This document shows positions 41,356 through 51,848 of a DNA stretch of 64,000 nucleotides, one piece after another. The DNA is from an uncultured Gemmatimonadales bacterium (GTDB lineage Bacteria > Gemmatimonadota > Gemmatimonadetes > Gemmatimonadales > Gemmatimonadaceae), in assembly GCA_963707505.1 (NCBI GenBank), contig CAVPQB010000004.1:352001-416000 (forward strand), written 5' to 3'. The notes beneath the pieces were generated by a model. That model saw only the letters and a program-made list of their open reading frames with translations, ran no database searches and was not told the origin of the DNA. Numbering within the stretch: position 1 is the stretch's first letter; every line of letters begins with the position of its first letter. Made by a program: the position numbers and the translations under genes.

Positions 41356-43881
41356 ATGCGAAACTCTGACACCGAAAACTTCACAGGCTTCATCAGCGTT
41401 CGCGGCGCGCGCGAGCACAATCTCCAGAACGTGGATCTCGACGTTCCACGCGATGCACTCGTGGTTTTCACCGGTGTCTCCGGGTCGGGCAAATCGTCGC
41501 TGGCGTTCGGCACGCTCTACGCCGAGGCGCAACGGCGCTATCTGGAATCGGTCGCTCCATACGCGCGGCGTCTCTTTCATCAGATGGGCGTCCCGCAAGT
41601 CGATTCCATCGACGGCCTTCCGCCCGCTGTAGCGCTGCAGCAACAGCGCGGCTCGCCGACCACCCGTTCATCAGTAGGAAGCGTCACGACGCTCTCGAAT
41701 CTGTTGCGTATGCTCTATTCGCGAGCTGGCGAATATCCGCGCAAGCAACCTCTGCTGTACGCGGAATCGTTCTCGCCCAACACTCCGGAAGGCGCCTGCC
41801 CCAGGTGCCACGGGCTCGGTCGCATCTACGAAGTGACCGAGCGCTCGATGGTGCCCGACGACACTCTCACGATTCGCGAGCGTGCCGTCGCCGCGTGGCC
41901 CACAGCGTGGCAGGGGCAGAATCAGCGCGATATACTCGTCACTCTCGGCTACGACGTCGATCGCCCCTGGCGCGAGTTGCCCAAGAAGGATCGCGACTGG
42001 ATTCTCTTCACCGACGAGCAACCGGTCGTGCCGGTGTACGCTGGCTTCACACCCGCGGAAACGCGGCGCGCGCTCAAGCGCAAGGAAGAGCCCAGCTACA
42101 TGGGCACTTTCTCGAGCGCGCGCCGACACGTGCTGCACAGCTTCGCGAACACGCAGAGCGCGCTCATGAAGAAACGCGCGCTCCAGTACATGCTGAGCAC
42201 CGAGTGCCCCCTCTGTCACGGAAAGCGGCTGCGTCTCGAATCACTGTCCGTCAAATTCGCAGGGCTGGACATCGCCGAAATTTCGCGACTCCCGCTGTCG
42301 CGACTCGCCAACATTCTGAAACCGTACGTCGAGGGAACAGCGGCGAACTCCGTCAAGCTGGAGACTGCGCATCCGGAGAAAGTCGTCGTAATGCAGCGTA
42401 TCGCGGAGGATCTGGAAGGTCGTCTTGATGTGCTGCTCGATCTCGGTCTCGGATATCTGTCCCTCGATCGCAGCACACCCACGCTTTCGCCCGGGGAGTT
42501 GCAGCGGCTCCGGCTGGCGACACAGGTACGCTCGAATCTGTTCGGCGTCGCTTACGTTCTGGATGAGCCATCGGCTGGCCTGCATCCGGCCGACACCGAA
42601 GCATTGCTGACAGCGCTCGAGCGATTGAAGGCGTCCGGCAATTCGCTGCTCGTAGTGGAACACGACCTCGATGTGATCCGTCACGCAGACTGGATCGTCG
42701 ACGTCGGCCCGGCGGCCGGCGAGCAGGGCGGGCTCATTCTCTACAGCGGTCCGCCGGCGGGACTCGCGGAGATCGAAGCATCGCAGACGCGTCGTCATCT
42801 CTTCGGGCGCGATTTGCTTCCCGAGCGCACGATTCGCGCGCCGCGCGCATGGCTGCGCCTCACCGATGTCACGCGCAACAACCTCGACCACCTCGACGCT
42901 GCATTTCCGCTCGGCGTGCTCACGACCGTTACCGGTGTTTCAGGCTCCGGCAAATCCAGTCTCGTCAGTCAGGTGCTCGTCGAGCTCGTAGCCGAAGCAC
43001 TGGGTCACGAGGCTCCCGCGATCACCGGCGAGATGGAAGATCTGGAGCAGCAGGCGCCGCTTACGCTCGGCGGCAGGATCGCGAGCGGCGTCGAGTACAT
43101 CAAACGCATGGTGGTCGTCGATCAGAAGCCGATCGGGCGCACGCCGCGCTCGAATCTCGCGACATACACTGGCCTGTTCGACCACGTTCGCAAGCTGTTC
43201 GCGGCCACCAAAATGGCGCGTGCGCGACACTACGACGCCGGACGCTTCTCGTTCAATGTCGCAAAGGGCCGCTGCGAGACGTGCGAGGGCGAGGGGTTCG
43301 TCTTCGTCGAGCTGCTCTTTCTGCCGAGCGTGTACACCCCGTGCCCGACATGTCACGGCGCGCGTTACAACGCCAAAACACTTGAGGTCAAATACCGCGA
43401 CCGCAACATCGCCGAAGTTCTCGGCATGACGGTCGATGCGTCGCTGGAATTCTTCGCGGATGACGAGCCGGTGCGTCGATCGCTCGAGGTCCTGCGCGAG
43501 GTTGGGCTCGGGTACATCCGCCTCGGCCAGGCCGCAACCGAGCTGTCCGGGGGCGAGGCGCAGCGGATCAAGCTCGCAACCGAATTGCAGCGCATGTCGC
43601 GTGGCAACACGCTGTACGTTCTGGATGAGCCCACCACCGGTCTCCACCCATCCGATGTGGAAAGGCTCATGGCGCAGCTCGACAGGCTGGTAAGTGCCGG
43701 CAACACTGTAATCCTCGTCGAGCACGACATGCGCGTCGTTTCCGGAAGCGATTGGGTGATAGACATCGGTCCGGGCGCTGGCGAAGAGGGAGGAAAAATT
43801 GTCGCGGTGGGCACACCCGCGGACGTGTCGCGCTCGGCTGCGAGCCGCACTGCACCGTATCTCGCCCGCTTCATGGCGTAA
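41356..43881 (+). CDS. uvrA2: UvrA-like ABC ATPase, class II (UvrA2)
   Basis: Two Walker A 'GVSGSGKSS', signatures 'LSPGE' and 'LSGGE', Zn fingers; 841 aa with no apparent UvrB-binding insert. Confidence 0.85.
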   Translation: MRNSDTENFTGFISVRGAREHNLQNVDLDVPRDALVVFTGVSGSGKSSLAFGTLYAEAQRRYLESVAPYARRLFHQMGVPQVDSIDGLPPAVALQQQRGSPTTRSSVGSVTTLSNLLRMLYSRAGEYPRKQPLLYAESFSPNTPEGACPRCHGLGRIYEVTERSMVPDDTLTIRERAVAAWPTAWQGQNQRDILVTLGYDVDRPWRELPKKDRDWILFTDEQPVVPVYAGFTPAETRRALKRKEEPSYMGTFSSARRHVLHSFANTQSALMKKRALQYMLSTECPLCHGKRLRLESLSVKFAGLDIAEISRLPLSRLANILKPYVEGTAANSVKLETAHPEKVVVMQRIAEDLEGRLDVLLDLGLGYLSLDRSTPTLSPGELQRLRLATQVRSNLFGVAYVLDEPSAGLHPADTEALLTALERLKASGNSLLVVEHDLDVIRHADWIVDVGPAAGEQGGLILYSGPPAGLAEIEASQTRRHLFGRDLLPERTIRAPRAWLRLTDVTRNNLDHLDAAFPLGVLTTVTGVSGSGKSSLVSQVLVELVAEALGHEAPAITGEMEDLEQQAPLTLGGRIASGVEYIKRMVVVDQKPIGRTPRSNLATYTGLFDHVRKLFAATKMARARHYDAGRFSFNVAKGRCETCEGEGFVFVELLFLPSVYTPCPTCHGARYNAKTLEVKYRDRNIAEVLGMTVDASLEFFADDEPVRRSLEVLREVGLGYIRLGQAATELSGGEAQRIKLATELQRMSRGNTLYVLDEPTTGLHPSDVERLMAQLDRLVSAGNTVILVEHDMRVVSGSDWVIDIGPGAGEEGGKIVAVGTPADVSRSAASRTAPYLARFMA

Positions 43882-43926
43882 AACTCGTTGCGCACGGTTG
43901 AGCGGTTGTCCATAGATTTCCCACCC

Positions 43927-44673
43927 ATGGATTCGACCAGCTTCGGCGACCGCCTGCAGGACAGCTTCGACCAGCTCTACCACTACGTTCCTGCGCTCTT
44001 CGGCGCTCTCGTAATCCTCTTTGCCGGATACCTTCTCGCCAGGTTGCTGGAGAAGGGAACCGACAAGCTGCTCCGGCGAGTCCATTTCAACCGCATCCTG
44101 GAGCGCGGTGGCGTGCTCCAGGCAGTCGAGCGCTCTGGTTCCCACATGAACCCGACGCGCGTGACGGCGAGCGTCGTCTTCTGGTTCGTGATGTTCGCCG
44201 TCCTCATGATCGCCGCCAACGCGCTCGGCCTCTCATCGCTCGGCAACATGTTCGGCGAGCTGGTGAGCTACATCCCGAGCCTGATTGCGGCGATCGTCAT
44301 CGTCATCGTCGGCATCGTGCTCGGCGACTTCGTAGGCGGCCTCATCATGGCCTCCGCCGGCGCAATACACGGCGGCCCGACCCTGTCGCGGTTCGGAAAG
44401 GGTGGTGTGATCCTCATCGCCATCTTCATGGCGCTGCAGGAGTTGGGCGTGGCGACCGACATCGTCACGACCGCATTCGCGATACTCTTCGGCGCCATCG
44501 CGCTCTCCGCGTCGCTCGCCTTCGGACTCGGCAACCGCGACCTGGCGGGCGAGGTAACTCGCAACTGGTACAACCGCTACAAGTCCGAGCGCGAGACTAT
44601 CGACCGCGAAAACGCGGCACAGGATGCTGCCGATCGGACCGACGAATTCGAGTCTGAGTCCGGCGGCTTTTAG
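43927..44673 (+). CDS. CmpX-like membrane protein (conserved TM-helix / mechanosensitive-channel family)
   Basis: Repeated 'YVPALFGAL' and 'YIPSLIAAI' units; 'LAFGLGNRD' C-terminal motif. Confidence 0.78.
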   Translation: MDSTSFGDRLQDSFDQLYHYVPALFGALVILFAGYLLARLLEKGTDKLLRRVHFNRILERGGVLQAVERSGSHMNPTRVTASVVFWFVMFAVLMIAANALGLSSLGNMFGELVSYIPSLIAAIVIVIVGIVLGDFVGGLIMASAGAIHGGPTLSRFGKGGVILIAIFMALQELGVATDIVTTAFAILFGAIALSASLAFGLGNRDLAGEVTRNWYNRYKSERETIDRENAAQDAADRTDEFESESGGF

Positions 44674-44769
44674 GCCCCGAATAGATGCCGAAATAGCGCT
44701 ACCCGGCACGGTCGCGAGGTCGGTGCGCTAAACCGTTGTCCCACAATAACTTACGTTGCGGTGGCAAGG

Positions 44770-44798
44770 TTGCTAAAAGGCGTCCCGCAGGCTATATT
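44770..44798 (+). promoter_or_regulatory. sigma70-type promoter for gyrA
   Basis: TTGCTA-17 nt-TATATT. Confidence 0.6.
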
Positions 44799-44879
44799 TC
44801 AGGGTTCCCCCGAAATTAGCTCAAATCATCAGGTGGGTCCCTATTCGGAGCCCCACCGCAAGTGCGGTATCGACACGTC

Positions 44880-47396
44880 ATGACAGCTCCAAATAACCGC
44901 GAGCGAATACTCCCGCGGCTGATCCACGAAGAGGTTCAGGAATCGTTCATCAACTACTCGATGAGCGTCATCGTCTCGCGCGCTCTCCCGGACGTGCGCG
45001 ACGGGTTAAAGCCCGTGCATCGCCGAGTTCTGTATGCGATGAACGAGCTTGGTCTTGTTCCCGGACGCCCGTACAAGAAGTCTGCGACCGTCGTCGGCGA
45101 CGTGCTCGGCAAGTATCACCCGCACGGTGATAGCTCCGTGTACGACGCTCTCGTGCGCATGGTGCAGGACTTCTCGCTGCGCTATCCGCTGGTGGACGGT
45201 CAGGGAAACTTCGGATCTGTCGATGGCGACAACGCTGCTGCATATCGCTACACCGAAGCGCGTCTCACACGCATCGCCACGGAGATGCTCGGCGACATCG
45301 ACAAGAACACCGTCGACTTCCAGCCGAACTTCGACGATCGTCTGCAGGAGCCGCGCGTTCTTCCGTCTGCGATGCCGAACCTGCTCGTCAACGGCTCGTC
45401 CGGAATCGCGGTTGGAATGGCGACCAACATACCGCCGCACAACCTCCGTGAAGTCACGAGCGCCCTCGTCGCGCTCATCGAAGATCCAGATCTTCCGGCA
45501 AGCGCGCTCCGCAAGCACATCAAGGGACCCGATTTCCCGACCGCCGGCTACGTCTACGGCACCGCGGGAATAACCGATTACCAGGAAACCGGCCGCGGTC
45601 GTATCGTCATGCGCGCCCGTGCGGTGATCGAGGAGCGCGAGTCGTCCAATCGCGCCCAGATCGTCGTCACCGAGCTTCCGTACCAGGTCAACAAGTCCCG
45701 GTTGCTCATCGACATCCGCGATCAGGTCCGCGAGGGCAAGCTCGAAGGCATCAGCGACCTGCGCGACGAAAGCGATCGCGACGGAATGCGCATGGTCATC
45801 GAGCTCAAGCGCGATGCGATTCCCCGCGTAGTCCTGAATCAGTTGTACAAGCACACCGCGATGCAGTCCACGTTCGGCGTGATCATGCTCGCGCTCGTCC
45901 CCGATTCGGTGACGGGGCAGCTGGTGCCGAAGGTGCTCCCGCTCAAGGATGTGTTGATGCACTTCATCGCGCATCGTCACGAAGTCGTGACGCGGCGCAC
46001 GCAGTTCGAGCTGGACAAGGCGCTCGAGCGCGAGCACATCCTCGAAGGATTGAAGATCGCCGTCGACAACATCGACGCGGTCATCAAGCTCATCCGCGCG
46101 GCCAAGGACACGCCCACCGCGAGCACGCAGCTTCAGGCGCGTTTCAAGCTCAGCGAGCGGCAGGCGGAAGCAATCCTCAACATGCGCCTCGCCAAGCTCA
46201 CCGGTCTCGAGATCGAAAAGCTGGAAGCCGAGCTCAAGGATCTGCGCGCATTCATCAAGGAGATGCGCGACATCCTGGCGTCGCGTCCGCGCCGCATGCA
46301 GATCATTCGTGAGGAGCTGGAGAAGATCAACGCGACCTACGGAGACGAGCGTCGCTCAGAGATCACCAACGACGAGGGCGAGTTCTCGGTCGAGGATCTG
46401 ATCGCCGAGGAAGACATGGTGATCACGATCTCACATACGGGATACATCAAGAGGACGTCCACCTCGACCTACCGCAAGCAGCGTCGCGGTGGCCGCGGTC
46501 TGAACGGGCAGGGGCTCAAGGAAGAGGACTTCATCGAGCATCTGTTCATCGGCTCGACCCACGACTACATCCTCTGCTTCACCGATGACGGGCGCTGTTT
46601 CTGGCTCAAGGTCCACGAGATCCCGCAGGCCGGCCGTGCCAGCAGGGGCAAGCCCATCGTTAACCTCATCAACGTCCAGCCCGATACTCAGATTCGAGCT
46701 GTGGTTCCCGTGCGCGAGTTCGGGGATACACAGTCGTTGCTGTTTTGCACTCGCCGCGGAACCGTCAAGAAGACCGCACTGTCGGCGTACGCCAATCCGC
46801 GCGCCAACGGAATCAAGGCAATCAAGATTGAATCCGGTGACGAGCTGATCGACGTGCAGGTTACAAGTGGAACGAACGATGTCGTGCTGGCAACAAAGCA
46901 TGGCCTGTCGGTACGATTCCATGAGAAGGATGTGCGTGAGATGGGCCGCGACACAACCGGCGTGAAGGGTATCGAGCTACGCCCGGACGACGCTGTTGTC
47001 GGAATGGTCATCATCAAGCGCGAGGCGACTCTTCTCGTCGTAACCGAGAAGGGACTCGGCAAGTGCTCGCACATAGACGATTACAGGGTTCAGAAGCGCG
47101 GTGGAAAGGGAATCATCACTGTCAACCGCACCGACAAGACCGGTGACGTGGTGTCACTGATGGAAGTTCTGCCGGAAGATGAGATCATGCTCATTACGAA
47201 ACACGGCGTTATCATACGCTCGTCGGTTTCGCAGGTGCGCGTGACAGGAAGAATTGCGCAGGGTGTTAAGCTCGTTAATCTGGACGATGGCGATCTTGTG
47301 ACTGCGGTCGCCCGTGTCATTCCCGAAGACAAGGTCGAGGGTGACGACGGGGCCGTGGATGAGGAGATAGTCGAAACGCTTGCTGACGAAGAGTGA
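44880..47396 (+). CDS. gyrA: DNA gyrase subunit A
   Basis: '[16 protein letters not shown]', '[11 protein letters not shown]', catalytic 'AAYRYTE', GyrA-box 'QRRGGRG', C-terminal beta-pinwheel, acidic tail. Confidence 0.97.
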   Translation: MTAPNNRERILPRLIHEEVQESFINYSMSVIVSRALPDVRDGLKPVHRRVLYAMNELGLVPGRPYKKSATVVGDVLGKYHPHGDSSVYDALVRMVQDFSLRYPLVDGQGNFGSVDGDNAAAYRYTEARLTRIATEMLGDIDKNTVDFQPNFDDRLQEPRVLPSAMPNLLVNGSSGIAVGMATNIPPHNLREVTSALVALIEDPDLPASALRKHIKGPDFPTAGYVYGTAGITDYQETGRGRIVMRARAVIEERESSNRAQIVVTELPYQVNKSRLLIDIRDQVREGKLEGISDLRDESDRDGMRMVIELKRDAIPRVVLNQLYKHTAMQSTFGVIMLALVPDSVTGQLVPKVLPLKDVLMHFIAHRHEVVTRRTQFELDKALEREHILEGLKIAVDNIDAVIKLIRAAKDTPTASTQLQARFKLSERQAEAILNMRLAKLTGLEIEKLEAELKDLRAFIKEMRDILASRPRRMQIIREELEKINATYGDERRSEITNDEGEFSVEDLIAEEDMVITISHTGYIKRTSTSTYRKQRRGGRGLNGQGLKEEDFIEHLFIGSTHDYILCFTDDGRCFWLKVHEIPQAGRASRGKPIVNLINVQPDTQIRAVVPVREFGDTQSLLFCTRRGTVKKTALSAYANPRANGIKAIKIESGDELIDVQVTSGTNDVVLATKHGLSVRFHEKDVREMGRDTTGVKGIELRPDDAVVGMVIIKREATLLVVTEKGLGKCSHIDDYRVQKRGGKGIITVNRTDKTGDVVSLMEVLPEDEIMLITKHGVIIRSSVSQVRVTGRIAQGVKLVNLDDGDLVTAVARVIPEDKVEGDDGAVDEEIVETLADEE

Positions 47397-48684
47397 CAGG
47401 GACCTGACTGAGCCGCCACATCCCACGAGTGCGGATCGGAATCCGACCACGGTGGATCCGAAAGGAAATCCTCCCGAAGCTGATCCCGATCCGGCTCAAG
47501 CGGGTGTGACCGGTCCGGATTGCGATCAACCGCCGCAGAATCTCTCCGATGCTGCGGCTCCAGTCGCTACCGCCGAAGCTGGCGATCAACTCGAAGCACT
47601 GCGTGCAGCCTTGCGCAAGGCTGAGGGCGAGCTGCTTCGCACGCGGCAGGAAGCTGAGAGCAAGCGTCACCTCGTAGACATCATGCACGAAGTCATGGGG
47701 AATCTCTCTACCGAAGAGATCTTCCACATGGTCGCGCGACGCCTCGCCCGCGCACTGCAGCTCTCCCATTCGTCAGTGATTCTTGCAAGACCAGGCGACG
47801 CACGCGGAATGGTCGCCACCGCGTTCGAGCAACCCAATCTCGCGAATCTGGAGATCGAGCTCGATCGTTATCCCGAAGTATCTGCCGCGCTGGACCAGAA
47901 GCGGCCGGTTCTGATCCAGGATCTGCAGACGAGTCCGTGGTACGCCCGTCTGCGCGAGCAGTGGGCACGCGACGGCACCCGCATGAACGTGCGCTCCGTC
48001 ATCGCGATCCCGTTCGCGTTCGAGAAGATGCGCACTGGCGTGTTCCTTCTGCGCCGCACGACCGATCAGGATCCGCTTGCGGCCAGCGATGTGGAGTTCG
48101 CCGACACGGTGATCAAGAGCGCTGTGAACGCGATCGAGCAGGCCCACACGATCGAGCAGACAAAGGCGGATAACGCGCGGCTCGAAGCGCTGGCGCACAC
48201 CGACCCGCTCACGCACCTACTCAATCGCCGCGCACTGACAATTCGTCTTGTCGCCGAGCTCGAGCGGGTGCGGCGCTACAACTCGCCGCTGACGATGCTC
48301 ATGATCGATCTGGATCACTTCAAGCTCGTCAACGACACCTTCGGCCATCTGGTCGGCGACGAAGTGTTGCGCGGCATCGGCATGATCCTTCAGCGAGCGG
48401 TGCGTAGCGTGGATATGGTCGCGCGCTACGGCGGCGAGGAATTTGTGGTCGTCCTGCCGGAAACAGGCGAGATGGGCGCCGTGGCGTTCGCAGAGCGGAT
48501 CCGGCAGCGGGTGGAGCAGCACAACTTCGAGGCTGCCCGCACAGCTTCCGTCAGAGTCACCGTTTCGATCGGAGTCTCATGTTTCCCGTCGCCCCATGTC
48601 GACAGCGCGGAAGATCTGTTTGCGCAGGCAGATGCCGCGCTGTACCGCGCCAAGGACCGCGGCCGGAACCAGGTCTGCTCGTAG
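47380..48684 (+). CDS. GAF-GGDEF diguanylate cyclase (start uncertain)
   Basis: '[11 protein letters not shown]', '[10 protein letters not shown]', I-site 'RSVD', A-site 'RYGGEEF', '[12 protein letters not shown]'. Confidence 0.92.
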   Translation: MLTKSDRDLTEPPHPTSADRNPTTVDPKGNPPEADPDPAQAGVTGPDCDQPPQNLSDAAAPVATAEAGDQLEALRAALRKAEGELLRTRQEAESKRHLVDIMHEVMGNLSTEEIFHMVARRLARALQLSHSSVILARPGDARGMVATAFEQPNLANLEIELDRYPEVSAALDQKRPVLIQDLQTSPWYARLREQWARDGTRMNVRSVIAIPFAFEKMRTGVFLLRRTTDQDPLAASDVEFADTVIKSAVNAIEQAHTIEQTKADNARLEALAHTDPLTHLLNRRALTIRLVAELERVRRYNSPLTMLMIDLDHFKLVNDTFGHLVGDEVLRGIGMILQRAVRSVDMVARYGGEEFVVVLPETGEMGAVAFAERIRQRVEQHNFEAARTASVRVTVSIGVSCFPSPHVDSAEDLFAQADAALYRAKDRGRNQVCS

Positions 48685-48818
48685 ACGATGCCGGACGCGT
48701 CACTCGCGCGAAGCCGGGATGACCTTCTCGGCGGGGATTGGCTGGAACCGCATTTGCGGGCATCATTGTCGACAATGATGCCCGCCTTTTTATTGCTTCT
48801 GACCGACGAGAAAATCTC

Positions 48819-49736
48819 ATGAAGGCGATCGTGGTGACAGACCAGGCAGCGGGAACGGCCGGGATGAAACTGGTGGAGCGGCCCGAGCCGCAGGCGGCGA
48901 TAAACGACGTCGTTGTTCAGGTTCATGCGTCGGGATTCGTCCCGACCGAGTTGACCTGGCCCTCGACCTGGACCGATCGCCGCAACCGTGACCGAACACC
49001 GTCGATCCCTGGACACGAGCTGGCGGGAATGGTCACAGCGCTCGGATACGGCACGACCGGCCTGTCGGTCGGGCAGCGAGTGTTCGGCCTCGCCGACTGG
49101 TATCGTGACGGCACCCTGGCGGAGTTTATAGCCATCGAGGCACGCAACCTCGCGCCGCTGCCGGGGGACGTCGACTTCACGGTGGGTGCGAGCCTCCCGA
49201 TCTCGGGTCTCACAGCCTGGCAGGGACTGTTTCAGCACGGTCGCCTCGAGGCGGGCCAGCGCGTCCTTGCGCACGGTGCGGCCGGCGCGGTCGGCTCGAT
49301 GGTTACGCAACTCGCACAGTTGACCGGCGCTTACGTCATCGGCACCGGCCGCGCGGCCGATCGTCAGAAGGTGCTCGACTTCGGCGCGCAGGAGTTCCTC
49401 GACCTCGACAACGATGCGCTTGAAGACGTCGGCGGCGTCGATCTGGTGTTCGATGTTATCGGCGGCGACATCCAGAAGCGGTCCGCAGGCCTGATTCGAG
49501 CCGGAGGAACATTGGTGTCCATCGTCGGGCCGGCCGATGTGCGGCCCGCAAACGGCCGGGCGGTCGATTTCGTTGTCGAGTCCGATCGTGCCCAACTGAG
49601 CGAGATCGTCCAGCGGGTGCGGGACGGAAGACTGCGGACGAACATCGGCAAGGTCTCGACCCTCGACCAGGCGGTCGCCGCCTTCAACTCGACCGAGCGA
49701 CACGCGGGCAAGATGATCATCCGCGCTGGTCCGTGA
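48819..49736 (+). CDS. NADP-dependent oxidoreductase (MDR/quinone reductase-like)
   Basis: 'PGHELAG', 'LTAWQGL', 'HGAAGAVG', 'GKMII'. Confidence 0.88.
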   Translation: MKAIVVTDQAAGTAGMKLVERPEPQAAINDVVVQVHASGFVPTELTWPSTWTDRRNRDRTPSIPGHELAGMVTALGYGTTGLSVGQRVFGLADWYRDGTLAEFIAIEARNLAPLPGDVDFTVGASLPISGLTAWQGLFQHGRLEAGQRVLAHGAAGAVGSMVTQLAQLTGAYVIGTGRAADRQKVLDFGAQEFLDLDNDALEDVGGVDLVFDVIGGDIQKRSAGLIRAGGTLVSIVGPADVRPANGRAVDFVVESDRAQLSEIVQRVRDGRLRTNIGKVSTLDQAVAAFNSTERHAGKMIIRAGP

Positions 49737-49788
49737 CGAGTCGTGAGGGCGAGTAGTAGGGATCGCGTGAGATGATTCCCGTTGTCAT

Positions 49789-49819
49789 GAAGTAGACGCC
49801 GCACGGCCGCCTCTACTTC
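49789..49819. repeat. GTAG-containing palindrome between convergent genes
   Basis: GAAGTAGA...TCTACTTC 8-bp stem. Confidence 0.4.
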
Positions 49820-49826
49820 TCCACGT

Positions 49827-50262
49827 TTACCGTCCGATTCGCTTCAGCTCGACCAGCATGCAATGATCCTGCACGACGTCGATTCCGGCGCGCGCGATCG
49901 CCTCGGCGGCTTCGTCATTGCGAATGCCGAGCTGGAACCAGACCGCCCTCGGATGTTTGGCGACGATGTCGTCGACGTGCTTAGGGATGTCTTTCGGACG
50001 GCGAAACACGTCGACTATGTCGATGTCGCCGGGAACGGCCGTCAGTGAGCGATACACGGGCTCACCGAGTACTTCCTCGAGATCCGGATAGTAGACCGGA
50101 ACAGGAATGATTTCGTAGCCCGCGCTTCTGTGTGTATGCGGGAACATAGTACGCGGGCTGCTGCGGGTCCGGCTTGATTCCGAGTACGGCGATGCGTCTG
50201 GATCGCTCCAGAAGGTCGCCGATCTGTTCGGGCGTCGTGAGAAGATGGGATTGCCAGGTCAT
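49827..50262 (-). CDS. CoA-binding protein (YccU-like); frameshift near 50125
   Basis: 'RIAVLG', 'GYEIIPV', 'IDIVDVFRR', 'VWFQLGI', 'VVQDHCM'. Confidence 0.85.
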
Positions 50263-50321
50263 TCTGAACAATAGCAAACATGGGAATGGGTCAGCGGCTC
50301 CGCGGTCGGTGAACCGTTACC

Positions 50322-50350
50322 TTGACTCCCGCTGCGCTTGTCCGTACGAT
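50322..50350 (+). promoter_or_regulatory. sigma70-type promoter
   Basis: TTGACT-17 nt-TACGAT, near-consensus. Confidence 0.75.
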
Positions 50351-50359
50351 TCAATTCTG

Positions 50360-50464
50360 ATGACAGGCATCCTTACTCCAGCCATGGAACGTCCGAGCCT
50401 CTTTGCGGCTCCCAACGCACGCGCCGAGCACTCGCGCGTGGGGATGACCTTTTCGATCCTGTAA
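50360..50464 (+). CDS. putative leader peptide (34 aa, MTGILTPAMERPSLFAAPNARAEHSRVGMTFSIL)
   Basis: ATG 9 nt after the -10 box, TAA at 50462-50464, lies before a terminator; translation not proven. Confidence 0.4.
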   Translation: MTGILTPAMERPSLFAAPNARAEHSRVGMTFSIL

Positions 50465-50500
50465 CAATCGGATTGGTGTCAGGGCCTTGTTGATTTGCCG

Positions 50501-50530
50501 CCTCCCACGCTGTTCGTGGGAGGTTTTTTT
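50501..50530 (+). terminator. intrinsic terminator (attenuator) inside a 5' leader
   Basis: CCTCCCACG-CTGTT-CGTGGGAGG followed by TTTTTTT, 45 nt upstream of the next gene's ATG. Confidence 0.85.
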
Positions 50531-50575
50531 GTTTTCGCTGTATCGTCGTTTCACTTTCGTTTGAGGAATACCAGA

Positions 50576-51718
50576 ATGCGGATGCTCGTCTTGGGCGCAG
50601 GACTGCAGGGCTCGGCCTGCGCGTACGATCTCTTGCAGAATCCCGACGTCACCGAGGTTCGGCTGGCCGATCTTCACATCGATCACCTCGCCGATTTCCT
50701 CAAGCCATATTCGGGCAAGCGGCTGATCCCGACGCCTGTGGACGTGCGCGACGCCGATGCGGTGCGCGCACTGATGCGCGGCTGCGACGCCGTCATGAGC
50801 GCGATTCCGTACTACTTCAATCTCGACATGGCGAAGTACGCAGTCGAAGTCGGAGTCAACTTCTGCGATCTCGGCGGCAACACCGACATCGTCTTCGAGC
50901 AGAAGAAGCTCGACAGCCGCGCGAAGGAGCAGAAGTGCACCGTGATTCCTGACTGCGGACTCGCCCCGGGCATGGACACCATTCTCGCACAGTATGGTAT
51001 CTCACAGTTGGACGAAGTCGACTCGGTCAAGATCTTTGTCGGTGGCCTGCCGCAGCATCCTGAAGGACCGCTCAAGTATCAGATCGTCTATTCGCTGGAA
51101 GGTGTCCTCGATTACTACACGACGCTGTCGTGGGTCGTGCGGAACGGCAAGCGCGCGCAGGTGACTGCGCTGAGCGAGATCGAGCCGGTGGAATTTGCGA
51201 AGCCCGTGGGCGAGCTCGAGGCATTTCACACTGCCGGCGGCCTCTCGACTCTGCCGTTCCGCTACGAGGGCAAGATCAAGACGATGGAATACAAGACGCT
51301 GCGTTATCCCGGCCACGCGAAGATCATGGAAGCGATTCGCGATCTCGGATTACTGGATCTCGATCCGATCAACGTGAAGGGTACGAAGGTCGCGCCGCGG
51401 GATGTAGCAGTCGCGGCGATGGGACCGCACCTCACCAAGCCCAAGTCACCCGATCTCGTCGCGCTGCGCGTCGAGGTGAGCGGCCGCAAGAACGGTGTGT
51501 CGAAGAAACTCGGCTGGGAGCTCATCGACAATTACGACGCAGAACACGGAATCAGCGCGATGATGCGCACCACCGGTTACTCGCTGAGCATTACGGGTCA
51601 GATGCAGGCGCGTGGCGAGATCAAGCCGAACGGAGTTCACACGCCGGACGAATGCATACCAGCCAGGGAGTACATCGAAGAGCTGGCCAAGCGTGGGATC
51701 AACATCCGCGCGATTTAG
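50576..51718 (+). CDS. saccharopine dehydrogenase / lysine 6-dehydrogenase family protein
   Basis: 'LVLGAG', 'DLGGN', 'PDCGLAPG', 'VGGLPQ', 'EAFHTAGG', 'YKTLRYPGH', 'SAMMRTTG'; GAGG RBS. Confidence 0.9.
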   Translation: MRMLVLGAGLQGSACAYDLLQNPDVTEVRLADLHIDHLADFLKPYSGKRLIPTPVDVRDADAVRALMRGCDAVMSAIPYYFNLDMAKYAVEVGVNFCDLGGNTDIVFEQKKLDSRAKEQKCTVIPDCGLAPGMDTILAQYGISQLDEVDSVKIFVGGLPQHPEGPLKYQIVYSLEGVLDYYTTLSWVVRNGKRAQVTALSEIEPVEFAKPVGELEAFHTAGGLSTLPFRYEGKIKTMEYKTLRYPGHAKIMEAIRDLGLLDLDPINVKGTKVAPRDVAVAAMGPHLTKPKSPDLVALRVEVSGRKNGVSKKLGWELIDNYDAEHGISAMMRTTGYSLSITGQMQARGEIKPNGVHTPDECIPAREYIEELAKRGINIRAI

Positions 51719-51731
51719 AGCGCCTCACAAC

Positions 51732-51786
51732 AGCGCTGGTCGCAGCGCGGCGCCATGCGCCAGCGACAGTACGACCAGCGCTTTTG
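51732..51786 (+). terminator. long hairpin, probable terminator between convergent genes
   Basis: AGCGCTGGTCG (51732-51742) / CGACCAGCGCT (51772-51782) with inner GGCGC/GCGCC stem and short T run. Confidence 0.5.
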
Positions 51787-51848
51787 TCAGTTGTCAGTGA
51801 TGCCCACGTATTCGTGCATCGCGGCGACTCGCCGTCGCCCACAACGTT

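Noticed and set aside
47080..47110. Second GyrA-box-like motif (QKRGGKG)
   Set aside because: Degenerate GyrA-box copies in other pinwheel blades are a known feature of the repeat, so this is not unusual.
50357..50500. Canonical lysine riboswitch or T-box
   Set aside because: I could not find the L-box AGAGGUGC start, loop-E or kink-turn motifs, nor a T-box UGGNACC bulge; kept as a novel candidate instead.
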